Positions 1-6,133 of a stretch of 6,652 bases of DNA are shown here, one piece after another. Within the stretch, counting starts at the first letter, position 1. Each line of letters starts with the position of its first letter. The DNA is from an archaeon (GTDB taxonomy: Archaea; Iainarchaeota; Iainarchaeia; Iainarchaeales; CSSED10-239). The DNA lies in contig DAOOUC010000015.1 in the NCBI GenBank assembly GCA_035390665.1, positions 7,443 through 14,094 on the forward strand, in the 5' to 3' direction. The notes beneath the pieces were generated by a model that had not been told where the DNA came from, made no database searches, and saw only the letters and a list, made by a program, of their open reading frames with translations. The position numbers and the translations under genes are program-made.

Positions 1-10
1 GTGATTAAAA

Positions 11-715
11 ATGGGTAGACGTTTAAAGATTCAGAGAAGAGGAAAAGGCGGACCAGTCTATAGAGCAACAATAAATGCTAAGTTTGATATTAATTATAAG
101 AATACTAAAGAACTTATTAGAGGTCAAATAATAGACATGATAACAGACCCAATAAGATCTGCTCCAGTTGCTGAAGTATTAATGGCAGATGGAACAAAAG
201 AGTATGTAATTTGTGCAGAAGGATTAACAACTGGACAAAAATTAGAATTTGGAAAAGGTGCAGAGAAGAAAACAGGAAATGTTTTACCTCTTGGAGACAT
301 CGAACCAGGAACAACAATATTTAATATTGAGAAAAATTATGGAGATGGTGGAAAGTTTGTAAGAGCAAGCGGCCAAACTGCTATCTTAGTTAATAAAAAA
401 GACAAGGCAACAATTAAGTTACCTTCAGGACAATTAAAACAATTACCATTAGATGCAAGAGCAACAATTGGCGTTATTGCAGCCGGTGGAAAAAGCACTA
501 AGCCATTTGTAACAGCTGGTGCAAAATTTAAAGCAATGAAAGCAAAAGGAAAGAAATACCCAAGAGTTAGAGGTGTTGCAATGAATCCTGTTGATCACCC
601 ATTCGGTGGTTCTCAACATCACGTTGGTCACTCTAAGTCTACATCAAGACACGCTCCAGCAGGAAGAATGGTTGGTGCAATTGCTTCAAAGAGAACAGGA
701 CGTAAGAAAAAGTAA
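11..715 (+). CDS. rpl2: 50S ribosomal protein uL2 (L2)
   Basis: 234 aa ORF. Characteristic archaeal C-terminus GVAMNPVDHPFGGSQHHVGHSKSTSRHAPAGRMVGAIASKRTGRKKK and N-terminal MGRRLKIQRRGKGGPVYRA. GTGAT at 1-5 serves as a plausible SD. Confidence 0.98.
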   Translation: MGRRLKIQRRGKGGPVYRATINAKFDINYKNTKELIRGQIIDMITDPIRSAPVAEVLMADGTKEYVICAEGLTTGQKLEFGKGAEKKTGNVLPLGDIEPGTTIFNIEKNYGDGGKFVRASGQTAILVNKKDKATIKLPSGQLKQLPLDARATIGVIAAGGKSTKPFVTAGAKFKAMKAKGKKYPRVRGVAMNPVDHPFGGSQHHVGHSKSTSRHAPAGRMVGAIASKRTGRKKK

Positions 716-717
716 AA

Positions 718-742
718 GAGCGTTTCTTAAGAAGAAACCCTC
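718..742 (+). other. Inverted repeat / putative RNA hairpin in the uL2-uS19 intergenic gap
   Basis: gag-c-GTTTCTT-aag-AAGAAAC-c-ctc: 7 bp perfect stem (722-728 with 732-738), 3 nt loop, one C/C mismatch, then 3 further pairs (718-720 with 740-742). It sits in the only sizeable noncoding gap (716-775). Confidence 0.4.
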
Positions 743-775
743 GGGAAAGAAATTAATAATAAAGTGTGAAAAACA

Positions 776-1159
776 ATGGCTGAAGAATTTAAATATATGG
801 GACATAGTTTGGAAGAATTACAAAAAATGTCTTTACTTGATTTTGCAAAGATTGCAAATTCTAGAGCAAAAAGACATTTAGTAAGAAATCACAGCGATCC
901 TTTCTATGAAAGAATTGAAAAAAATAAAAAAGCAACCAAAAAAATAAGAACACACAGAAGAGATATAATCATAACTCCAAAGATGGTTGGTAAAACAATC
1001 TATGTGTACAATGGAAAAGAATTCTTAACCGTCGAAGTAATGCCAGATATGCTTTGCCATTATTTAGGCGAATTCGCATTTACAAGAAAAAGAATTAAAC
1101 ACGGAAAAGCAGGAATCGGTGCTACAAAATCAAGTACTGCAGTTGCTGCAAGAAAGTAA
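776..1159 (+). CDS. rps19: 30S ribosomal protein uS19 (S19)
   Basis: 127 aa ORF with EFKYMGHSLEELQKMSLLDFAKI..., THRRDIIITPKMVGKTIYVYNGKEF, MLCHYLGEFAFTRKRIKHGKAGIGAT. GTGA upstream at 766-769. Confidence 0.98.
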   Translation: MAEEFKYMGHSLEELQKMSLLDFAKIANSRAKRHLVRNHSDPFYERIEKNKKATKKIRTHRRDIIITPKMVGKTIYVYNGKEFLTVEVMPDMLCHYLGEFAFTRKRIKHGKAGIGATKSSTAVAARK

Positions 1160-1173
1160 ATTAGGGATAATTT

Positions 1174-1647
1174 ATGTCATCAGATCACAAATATAATTTT
1201 CAAAAAAAAGTTGATGAAAAAAAAATTGCAAAAGCATGTAGACATAATGCTCCAATATCTGTTAAATATGCAACAGAGTTTGGAAATTATTTTAGAGACA
1301 TGCCAATTAATAAAGCAATTAAAATCGCAACAGATATAGAAGCAAAAAAAGATTATTTGCCATTAGTTAAGTACGCTAAGAAAGTTCCAAATAGAAAAGG
1401 AACAAGTAAGAGAGGAACAACAATAGGAAGATATCCAATCAAATGTGCAAAATATGTAAGAGAGATGCTTGAAGAAGTCAAAGCAAATGCCGAGAATAAA
1501 AATCTTGATGCAGATAAATTAAAGATTGTTTCAATGTTTGCAGTAAAAGGAGTCACAAGATCAAAATTACAACCAATGGGAAGAATTGGTGGAAAATCAA
1601 GAGAATCCAAATCTACAAACTTAGAAGTTGTCGTGGTGGAGGAATAA
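1174..1647 (+). CDS. rpl22: 50S ribosomal protein uL22 (L22)
   Basis: 157 aa ORF with archaeal L22 features: GRYPIKCAKYVREMLEEVKANAE, QPMGRIGGKSRESKSTNLEVVVVEE. Located between uS19 and uS3. Confidence 0.95.
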   Translation: MSSDHKYNFQKKVDEKKIAKACRHNAPISVKYATEFGNYFRDMPINKAIKIATDIEAKKDYLPLVKYAKKVPNRKGTSKRGTTIGRYPIKCAKYVREMLEEVKANAENKNLDADKLKIVSMFAVKGVTRSKLQPMGRIGGKSRESKSTNLEVVVVEE

Positions 1648-1650
1648 ACC

Positions 1651-2436
1651 ATGAAGGAAAATGTTTTTGTTAAAGACAAATTAAAAAAAATGGCAATAGC
1701 TCAATATTTACAAAAGAAATTAAAACCAGCTGGATTTATTGATGTTGAAGTAATTAAATCTCCTGTTTCGACAAGAGTTGTAATCTATGCATTAAGACCA
1801 GGCTTTGTAATAGGTAAAAGCGGTTATAACATTAAAGCATTAACAGAAGACTTAGAACAAAAATATGGTTTAAATAAAGCACATATAGAGATTGGAGAAA
1901 TACAAAATAAAGATCTTGATCCAAGAGTTATTATTGAAAATCTTGCAAGCGATATCAACAGAGGAGTTGCTTGGAAATCTGCAGTAAACAAGGCAATGTT
2001 ACAAATGAAACAAGCTGGAGCAGTTGGTGCCGAAATTGTTGCAAAAGGTAACACTGCAGGAAAAGGACAAAGAAAAAGAGCATCAAGATATGCTTTTGGT
2101 TATTTAAAGAAAGCAGGATCTCAAAAAGATTTAGTTTCTTTTGAAAAACAAACAACCTTTCCTGGTCTTGGAACAATTGGTATAAGACTTAGAATTGTTC
2201 AACCAGAAACAGTATTTTCAGACAAGATTGATGTTAAAGAATTATCTCATAGATTTAAATTAGCAAGAGAACAAAAGAAATTAGAAGATAGAAGTGAAAC
2301 AGTAGAAAAAGAAACAAAAGAAGTTGCTGAAGTAATTGAAGAAAAAAAAGAAAAAAAAGCAAAAGCAACTAAAACAGAAGACAAAGAAAAAAAACCTAAA
2401 AAAGTAAAAGTAAGTTTAGAAGATTTAAAAGAGTGA
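1651..2436 (+). CDS. rps3: 30S ribosomal protein uS3 (S3), KH domain protein
   Basis: 261 aa ORF. N-terminal FVKDKLKKMAIAQYLQKKLKPAGF, KH motif RPGFVIGKSGYNI, C-terminal-domain TIGIRLRIVQPE. Preceded by strong GGTGGAGG (1635-1642). Confidence 0.96.
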   Translation: MKENVFVKDKLKKMAIAQYLQKKLKPAGFIDVEVIKSPVSTRVVIYALRPGFVIGKSGYNIKALTEDLEQKYGLNKAHIEIGEIQNKDLDPRVIIENLASDINRGVAWKSAVNKAMLQMKQAGAVGAEIVAKGNTAGKGQRKRASRYAFGYLKKAGSQKDLVSFEKQTTFPGLGTIGIRLRIVQPETVFSDKIDVKELSHRFKLAREQKKLEDRSETVEKETKEVAEVIEEKKEKKAKATKTEDKEKKPKKVKVSLEDLKE

Positions 2437-2443
2437 TTTTGTA

Positions 2444-2662
2444 ATGACAAAAAAAAGAGCAGTAGCAATTAATTCCTTAAAGGAAATAGAAAATAAAGTA
2501 AGTGAATTAAAATTAGAACTTGCAAAAGAAAAAGGAATGCTTGCATCAAAAACGAAATCAACAAATCCAAGCAAGAAAACAACATTAAGAAAACAAATTG
2601 CAAGATTACTTACAAAAAAAAATGAATTAGTAAAAAAAGAAGAAGAGAAATTAATAAAATAA
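2444..2662 (+). CDS. rpl29: 50S ribosomal protein uL29 (L29)
   Basis: 72 aa Lys/Glu-rich helical ORF: INSLKEIENKVSELKLELAKEKGML...NPSKKTTLRKQIARLLT. Canonical position after uS3. GTGAT at 2433-2437 as SD. Confidence 0.93.
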   Translation: MTKKRAVAINSLKEIENKVSELKLELAKEKGMLASKTKSTNPSKKTTLRKQIARLLTKKNELVKKEEEKLIK

Positions 2663-2684
2663 TTTAGAGGTGTAAAATAAAGTT

Positions 2685-2987
2685 ATGGCTGAAATTTGTC
2701 CAGTATGTCATTTACCAAAAACAATCTGTACTTGTGATATAAGAACCAAAGAGTCACAACAAATCAAAATAAGGACAGAAAGAAAAAAGTTCAAAAAATA
2801 TGCAACATTAATTTCAGGTTTTTCAGAAGTTTCTGAACAACAAGAAGTTTTAAAATATTTAAAGAAAAAATTGGCTTGCGGAGGAACAGTAAAAGATAAT
2901 ATTATTGAACTTCAAGGCGAGCAAAAAGAAAGAATAAAAAAATTATTAATTGAAAAAGGATATCTTGGAGAACTGATAGATGCTTAA
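2685..2987 (+). CDS. sui1: Translation initiation factor aIF1 / SUI1 family protein
   Basis: 100 aa ORF. N-terminal CPVCHLPKTICTC cysteine cluster plus SUI1 core KKYATLISGF...LKKKLACGGTVKDNIIELQGEQKERIKKLLIEKGY. GAGGTG at 2667-2672. Confidence 0.95.
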   Translation: MAEICPVCHLPKTICTCDIRTKESQQIKIRTERKKFKKYATLISGFSEVSEQQEVLKYLKKKLACGGTVKDNIIELQGEQKERIKKLLIEKGYLGELIDA

Positions 2988-3177
2988 TATTAAAAATTCA
3001 GATTTGATTGGAAGAGAAATTACAATTGTAAATTCTTCAGATAAATCAAAAATCGGAATTTTTGGAATAGTGATCTACCAAACCAAAGAAGAATTAAAAA
3101 TAAGGAATGAAAAAAAAATAATTACAATTAAATTTGGAGAAATAATTAAATTTAAAGTGAAGGGTTATGGAAACTAA
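2980..3177 (+). CDS. rnp1: Ribonuclease P protein component 1 (Rpp29/Pop4 family), short
   Basis: 65 aa ORF: LIGREITIVNSSDKSKIGIFGIVIYQTKEELKIRNEKKIITI resembles the Rpp29 core (LIGk.v.iv.S.n.slvGi.GiVvdeTkntl.i). Conserved archaeal position between eIF1/uL29 and uS17. Confidence 0.87.
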   Translation: MLNIKNSDLIGREITIVNSSDKSKIGIFGIVIYQTKEELKIRNEKKIITIKFGEIIKFKVKGYGN

Positions 3178-3532
3178 AACTTGTCTTGATAAAAACTGTC
3201 CAATTCACGGACAAATAAGTGTAAGAGGAAAAGCAATTGAAGGCGTTGTTATAAGAAAAAAAGCAACAAAAACAGCTGTTATTCAAATGGAAAAAACAAA
3301 ATATATTAGAAAGTATGAAAGATCTATGAGAAAAACAGTAAAGCTTCCAGTACATTGTCCAGAATGTATGGATATTAATATTGGAGATGTTGTTTTAGTT
3401 GGAGAGACAAGAAAGATAAGTAAAACCAAATCTTTCGTAATATTAAAAAAAGTTGGAAAAGTTAGCCACTTAGAAGAAGTAATAGAAAAAGAAAACGAAT
3501 ACGAAGGTATTGAAAACGGTGATGAAGAATGA
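3167..3532 (+). CDS. rps17: 30S ribosomal protein uS17 (S17)
   Basis: 121 aa ORF: CPIHGQISVRGKAIEGVV..., YIRKYERSMRKTVKLPVHCPECMDINIGDVVLVGETRKISKTKSFVIL. Confidence 0.97.
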   Translation: METKTCLDKNCPIHGQISVRGKAIEGVVIRKKATKTAVIQMEKTKYIRKYERSMRKTVKLPVHCPECMDINIGDVVLVGETRKISKTKSFVILKKVGKVSHLEEVIEKENEYEGIENGDEE

Positions 3533-3927
3533 AGCAAATTAGTGCAAATGTTACAAGAGGACTTCCCGTAGGAACAAGATGTATTTGTAGTGACAATAGT
3601 GGTGCAAAAGAAGTAGAGATTATCTCTGTTATTAAATTTAAAACAAAAAGAAAAGGATTACAAATTGCAGGAATTGCTTCTTTAGTTAATGTTGTTGTAA
3701 AAAAAGGAAAACCAACAATGAAAAAGAAAATGGAAAGAGCAGTTGTTGTAAGAGTTAAAAAAGAATATAGAAGAAAGAACGGATGGAGAATTTCTTTTGA
3801 AGACAATGCAGTTGTTTTAACAGATCCTAAAGGATTTCCAAAAGGTTCTGAAATTAAAGGTTGTGTTGCAAAAGAAGTTGGTGAAAGATATCCTAAAATC
3901 GCAGGTCTTTCAAGCGCAGTAATTTAA
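3529..3927 (+). CDS. rpl14: 50S ribosomal protein uL14 (L14)
   Basis: 132 aa ORF: RGLPVGTRCICSDNSGAKEVEIISV..., RAVVVRVKKEYRRKNGWRISFEDNAVVL, KGSEIKGCVAKEVGERYPKIAGLSSAVI. ATGA overlap with the uS17 stop. GGTGAT at 3518-3523. Confidence 0.98.
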   Translation: MKQISANVTRGLPVGTRCICSDNSGAKEVEIISVIKFKTKRKGLQIAGIASLVNVVVKKGKPTMKKKMERAVVVRVKKEYRRKNGWRISFEDNAVVLTDPKGFPKGSEIKGCVAKEVGERYPKIAGLSSAVI

Positions 3928-3942
3928 ATTTGGTGAAATTAT

Positions 3943-4311
3943 ATGAATACTAAAACAATTAGACCATCAAAGCAAAGAAAAAGAATGGCAACAGGTGTTT
4001 ATCACACAAAAAGAAGATTGCTTGTTAGTCCATTAGATAATGCTATGCAAAAAGAAATAAGTAAGAAAAAAGCAGTACTTAGAAAAGGAGATACTGTTAA
4101 AGTTATGGTTGGTTCTCACAAAGGCAAAACTAGCACAGTTTTAAGAGTAAACTACGATAAAGGATTAGTTTATTTAAAAGACATTAAAGTAACAAACTCA
4201 AGAGGACAAGAAAAAAATCCTCCAATTAATGCATCAAATTTATTAATCACAGGTTTAGTTTTAACAGATAAGAAAAGATTTCCTAAGAAAAAGGAAGTAA
4301 AAAAGAAATAG
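3943..4311 (+). CDS. rpl24: 50S ribosomal protein uL24 (L24), KOW domain
   Basis: 122 aa ORF: KQRKRMATGVYHTKRRLLVSPL..., KOW motif VLRKGDTVKVMVGSHKGKTSTVLRV, INASNLLITGLVLTDKKR. GGTGA at 3932-3936. Confidence 0.97.
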   Translation: MNTKTIRPSKQRKRMATGVYHTKRRLLVSPLDNAMQKEISKKKAVLRKGDTVKVMVGSHKGKTSTVLRVNYDKGLVYLKDIKVTNSRGQEKNPPINASNLLITGLVLTDKKRFPKKKEVKKK

Positions 4312-4321
4312 GTGACATTTA

Positions 4322-5011
4322 ATGACTAAAAAAGGAAGCACAAAAGTTTTGAAAATGCAAAATGCTGGAAAGGTAATAAAAGTAGAAAAAACAAAAAGGT
4401 TTGTTTTAAGACCAAATCCAGGAAAACACACAATTAAAACAACAGTTACCGCAGGATATATCTTAAGAGATTTATTACATATAACAGACAACAACAGAGA
4501 ATCCACACACATCATAAGAGCAAAAGAAATGTTAGTTGATAAAAAACCTATAAAAACAATAAATTTTGCAATTGGTTTACAAGATGTAATTGAGTTTCCA
4601 AAATTAAAGAAAAATTATAGAGTCACTTACAATAAGAATGGTTTAATTAACTTAATTGAAATTACAGCTGATGAAACAAAATACAAAATATGTAAGATTG
4701 TTAAAAAGAAAATTACAATTAAAGGACAAATACAATTGACAACAAACGATGGAAGGACAATAATTACAACAAATAATGGATATAAAACAAAAGCATCAGT
4801 AAAATTAAATTTAGAAGACAATACAATTAAAGAATACTATCCACTTGAAAAAGGAAGAAAAGTTTTCTTAATTGGTGGTAAATACATAGGACAATCAGGA
4901 ACAATTGTCGGATTAACAAAAGGGAATATGATTAAAAGAGAATTAATTAAATTAAAGATTGATGATAAAGAATTTGAGACTACAGAAAAAAATATTTTTG
5001 TAATTAATTAG
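4322..5011 (+). CDS. rps4e: 30S ribosomal protein eS4 (S4e)
   Basis: 229 aa ORF: FVLRPNPGKHTIKTTVTAGYILRDLLHITDNNRESTHIIRAKEMLVDKKPIKTINFAIGLQDVIEFPKLKKNYRV and GGKYIGQSGTIVGL (KOW-like). GGTGA at 4311-4315. Confidence 0.96.
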   Translation: MTKKGSTKVLKMQNAGKVIKVEKTKRFVLRPNPGKHTIKTTVTAGYILRDLLHITDNNRESTHIIRAKEMLVDKKPIKTINFAIGLQDVIEFPKLKKNYRVTYNKNGLINLIEITADETKYKICKIVKKKITIKGQIQLTTNDGRTIITTNNGYKTKASVKLNLEDNTIKEYYPLEKGRKVFLIGGKYIGQSGTIVGLTKGNMIKRELIKLKIDDKEFETTEKNIFVIN

Positions 5012-5022
5012 ATGTGATATTT

Positions 5023-5538
5023 ATGAATAAAGAAAATTCAATGAGAGAAATTTATATTGACAAAGTTGTTGTTAACATGGGTATTGGTGAAGCTGGTGAA
5101 GAACTAGAAAAAGGAATAAAGATATTACAATTAGTAACTAAGAAAAAACCTGTTAAAACAGTTGCTAAAGTAAAGTTACCAACCTGGGGAATAAGACCAG
5201 GACTTCCAATTGGATGTAAAACAACATTAAGAGGACAAGAGGCATTAGATTTTATTGCTTTAACTTTAAAAGCTAAAGAAAATAAAGTTTCTAAGAAGTC
5301 CTTTACAAATGACAGTATATTTTCATATGGAATTAAAGAATACTTAGATGTTCCAGGAATCAAATATGATCCAAATCTTGGAATAAGAGGATTTGATGTT
5401 TGTGTAGTTTTAAGAAGAAGAGGCGACAGAGTAAAATTAAGAAAGTATAATGTTTCAAAGATTGGAAAAAAACATAAAATCACAAAAGACGAAGCAATTA
5501 AATTTGCACAAGAAAAATTAAAAATAGTGGTTGAATGA
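5023..5538 (+). CDS. rpl5: 50S ribosomal protein uL5 (L5)
   Basis: 171 aa from ATG 5023: MREIYIDKVVVNMGIGEAGEELEKG..., KKPVKTVAKVKLPTWGIRPGLPIGCKTTLRG, YGIKEYLDVPGIKYDPNLGIRGFDVCVVLRRRG. The track start at 5014 is a GTG that coincides with an SD-like GTGAT (5014-5018), so ATG 5023 is the more likely start. Confidence 0.95.
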   Translation: MNKENSMREIYIDKVVVNMGIGEAGEELEKGIKILQLVTKKKPVKTVAKVKLPTWGIRPGLPIGCKTTLRGQEALDFIALTLKAKENKVSKKSFTNDSIFSYGIKEYLDVPGIKYDPNLGIRGFDVCVVLRRRGDRVKLRKYNVSKIGKKHKITKDEAIKFAQEKLKIVVE

Positions 5539-5708
5539 GCGCAATTGATAATAAAAAATTAAGTAAAACAAGTAAAGAATTAAAAAGATCTAGAAAGTGT
5601 AGATTTTGTGATACACAAAGAGGACTTATAAGTAAATATAATCTTTATATCTGTAGACGATGTTTTAAAGATTATGCAAACAAGTTGGGATTTAAAAAAT
5701 TAGATTAA
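5535..5708 (+). CDS. rps14: 30S ribosomal protein uS14 (S14), zinc-binding archaeal type
   Basis: Read directly from the sequence; absent from the ORF track. 57 aa MSAIDNKKLSKTSKELKRSRKCRFCDTQRGLISKYNLYICRRCFKDYANKLGFKKLD, with C-x2-C-x14-C-x2-C and terminal LGFKKLD. ATGA overlap with the uL5 stop; canonical position between uL5 and uS8. Confidence 0.97.
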   Translation: MSAIDNKKLSKTSKELKRSRKCRFCDTQRGLISKYNLYICRRCFKDYANKLGFKKLD

Positions 5709-5729
5709 ATATTTATTAGGTGAAAACTG

Positions 5730-6119
5730 ATGAGCTTGAATGATCCAATAGCAAATGCATTAAATAACATAAATAATGCTGAGATGGCTTCTAAACAAAA
5801 TTGTACAATAAACCATTCAAAGTTTCTAGAAAATGTTCTAGTGCTTTTGAAAAAAGAAGGTTATATTAAACAATATAAGGTTGTAGATAAAAAGCCAGTT
5901 AAGCAAATTGTTGTGTATTTAGGTGGCAGAATAAATAAATGTAAAGCAGTTAAACCAAGATATCCTGTTAAAAAACAAGACTATGAAAAGTTTGAAAAGT
6001 CTTATTTGATTTCAAGAGATGTTGGTACATTAATTGTAAGCACGACAGAAGGAATAATGTCACACAAGGCAGCAAAAGAAAAAGGCCTTGGTGGAAGAAT
6101 AGTAGGTTATATTTACTAA
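5730..6119 (+). CDS. rps8: 30S ribosomal protein uS8 (S8)
   Basis: 129 aa ORF: MSLNDPIANALNNINNAEMASK..., RYPVKKQDYEKFEKSYLISRDVGTLIVSTTEGIMSHKAAKEKGLGGRIVGYIY. AGGTGA at 5718-5723. Confidence 0.97.
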   Translation: MSLNDPIANALNNINNAEMASKQNCTINHSKFLENVLVLLKKEGYIKQYKVVDKKPVKQIVVYLGGRINKCKAVKPRYPVKKQDYEKFEKSYLISRDVGTLIVSTTEGIMSHKAAKEKGLGGRIVGYIY

Positions 6120-6133
6120 AAGAATGATTTGAT

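Noticed and set aside
117-631. - strand ORFs at 117..317 and 449..631
   Set aside because: They lie antisense within uL2. The Leu/Phe- and Cys/Ser-rich products are the expected mirror image of AT-rich coding sequence, and no domain is recognisable.
745-776. Possible internal promoter (TATA-like ttaataata at 753-761) upstream of uS19
   Set aside because: Such AT-rich strings are common in this composition, spacing to the uS19 start is not clearly right for a leaderless transcript, and an SD-like GTGA is present. Not supported without transcription start data.
591-881. + strand 96 aa ORF bridging the uL2 end and the uS19 start
   Set aside because: It overlaps two confidently identified ribosomal genes in a different frame, and its product (MITHSVVLNITLVTLS...) shows no recognisable family. 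It is probably chance, though it happens to span the hairpin gap.
1353-2468. - strand ORFs at 1353..1679, 1824..2054, 1955..2176 and 2247..2468
   Set aside because: All are antisense to uL22, uS3 or uL29. The Phe/Ser/Leu-rich products derive from complemented Lys/Glu codons.
3160-3200. Possible frameshift truncating Rpp29
   Set aside because: The end of Rpp29 coincides with a normal uS17 start and conserved uS17 N-terminus (CPIHG), leaving no room for missing Rpp29 sequence. Real shortening is simpler than a sequencing error, though I cannot exclude an error.
3152-3806. - strand ORFs at 3152..3355, 3283..3537 and 3462..3806
   Set aside because: They are antisense to uS17 and uL14. The hydrophobic stretches are an artefact of complementing Lys/Val-rich coding sequence, not credible membrane proteins.
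4261-5483. - strand ORFs at 4261..4515, 4627..4821 and 5052..5483 (the last 143 aa)
   Set aside because: They are antisense to uL24, eS4 and uL5, which have clear homology on the + strand. The long 143 aa frame is consistent with a lack of + strand codons complementary to stops in the relevant frame.
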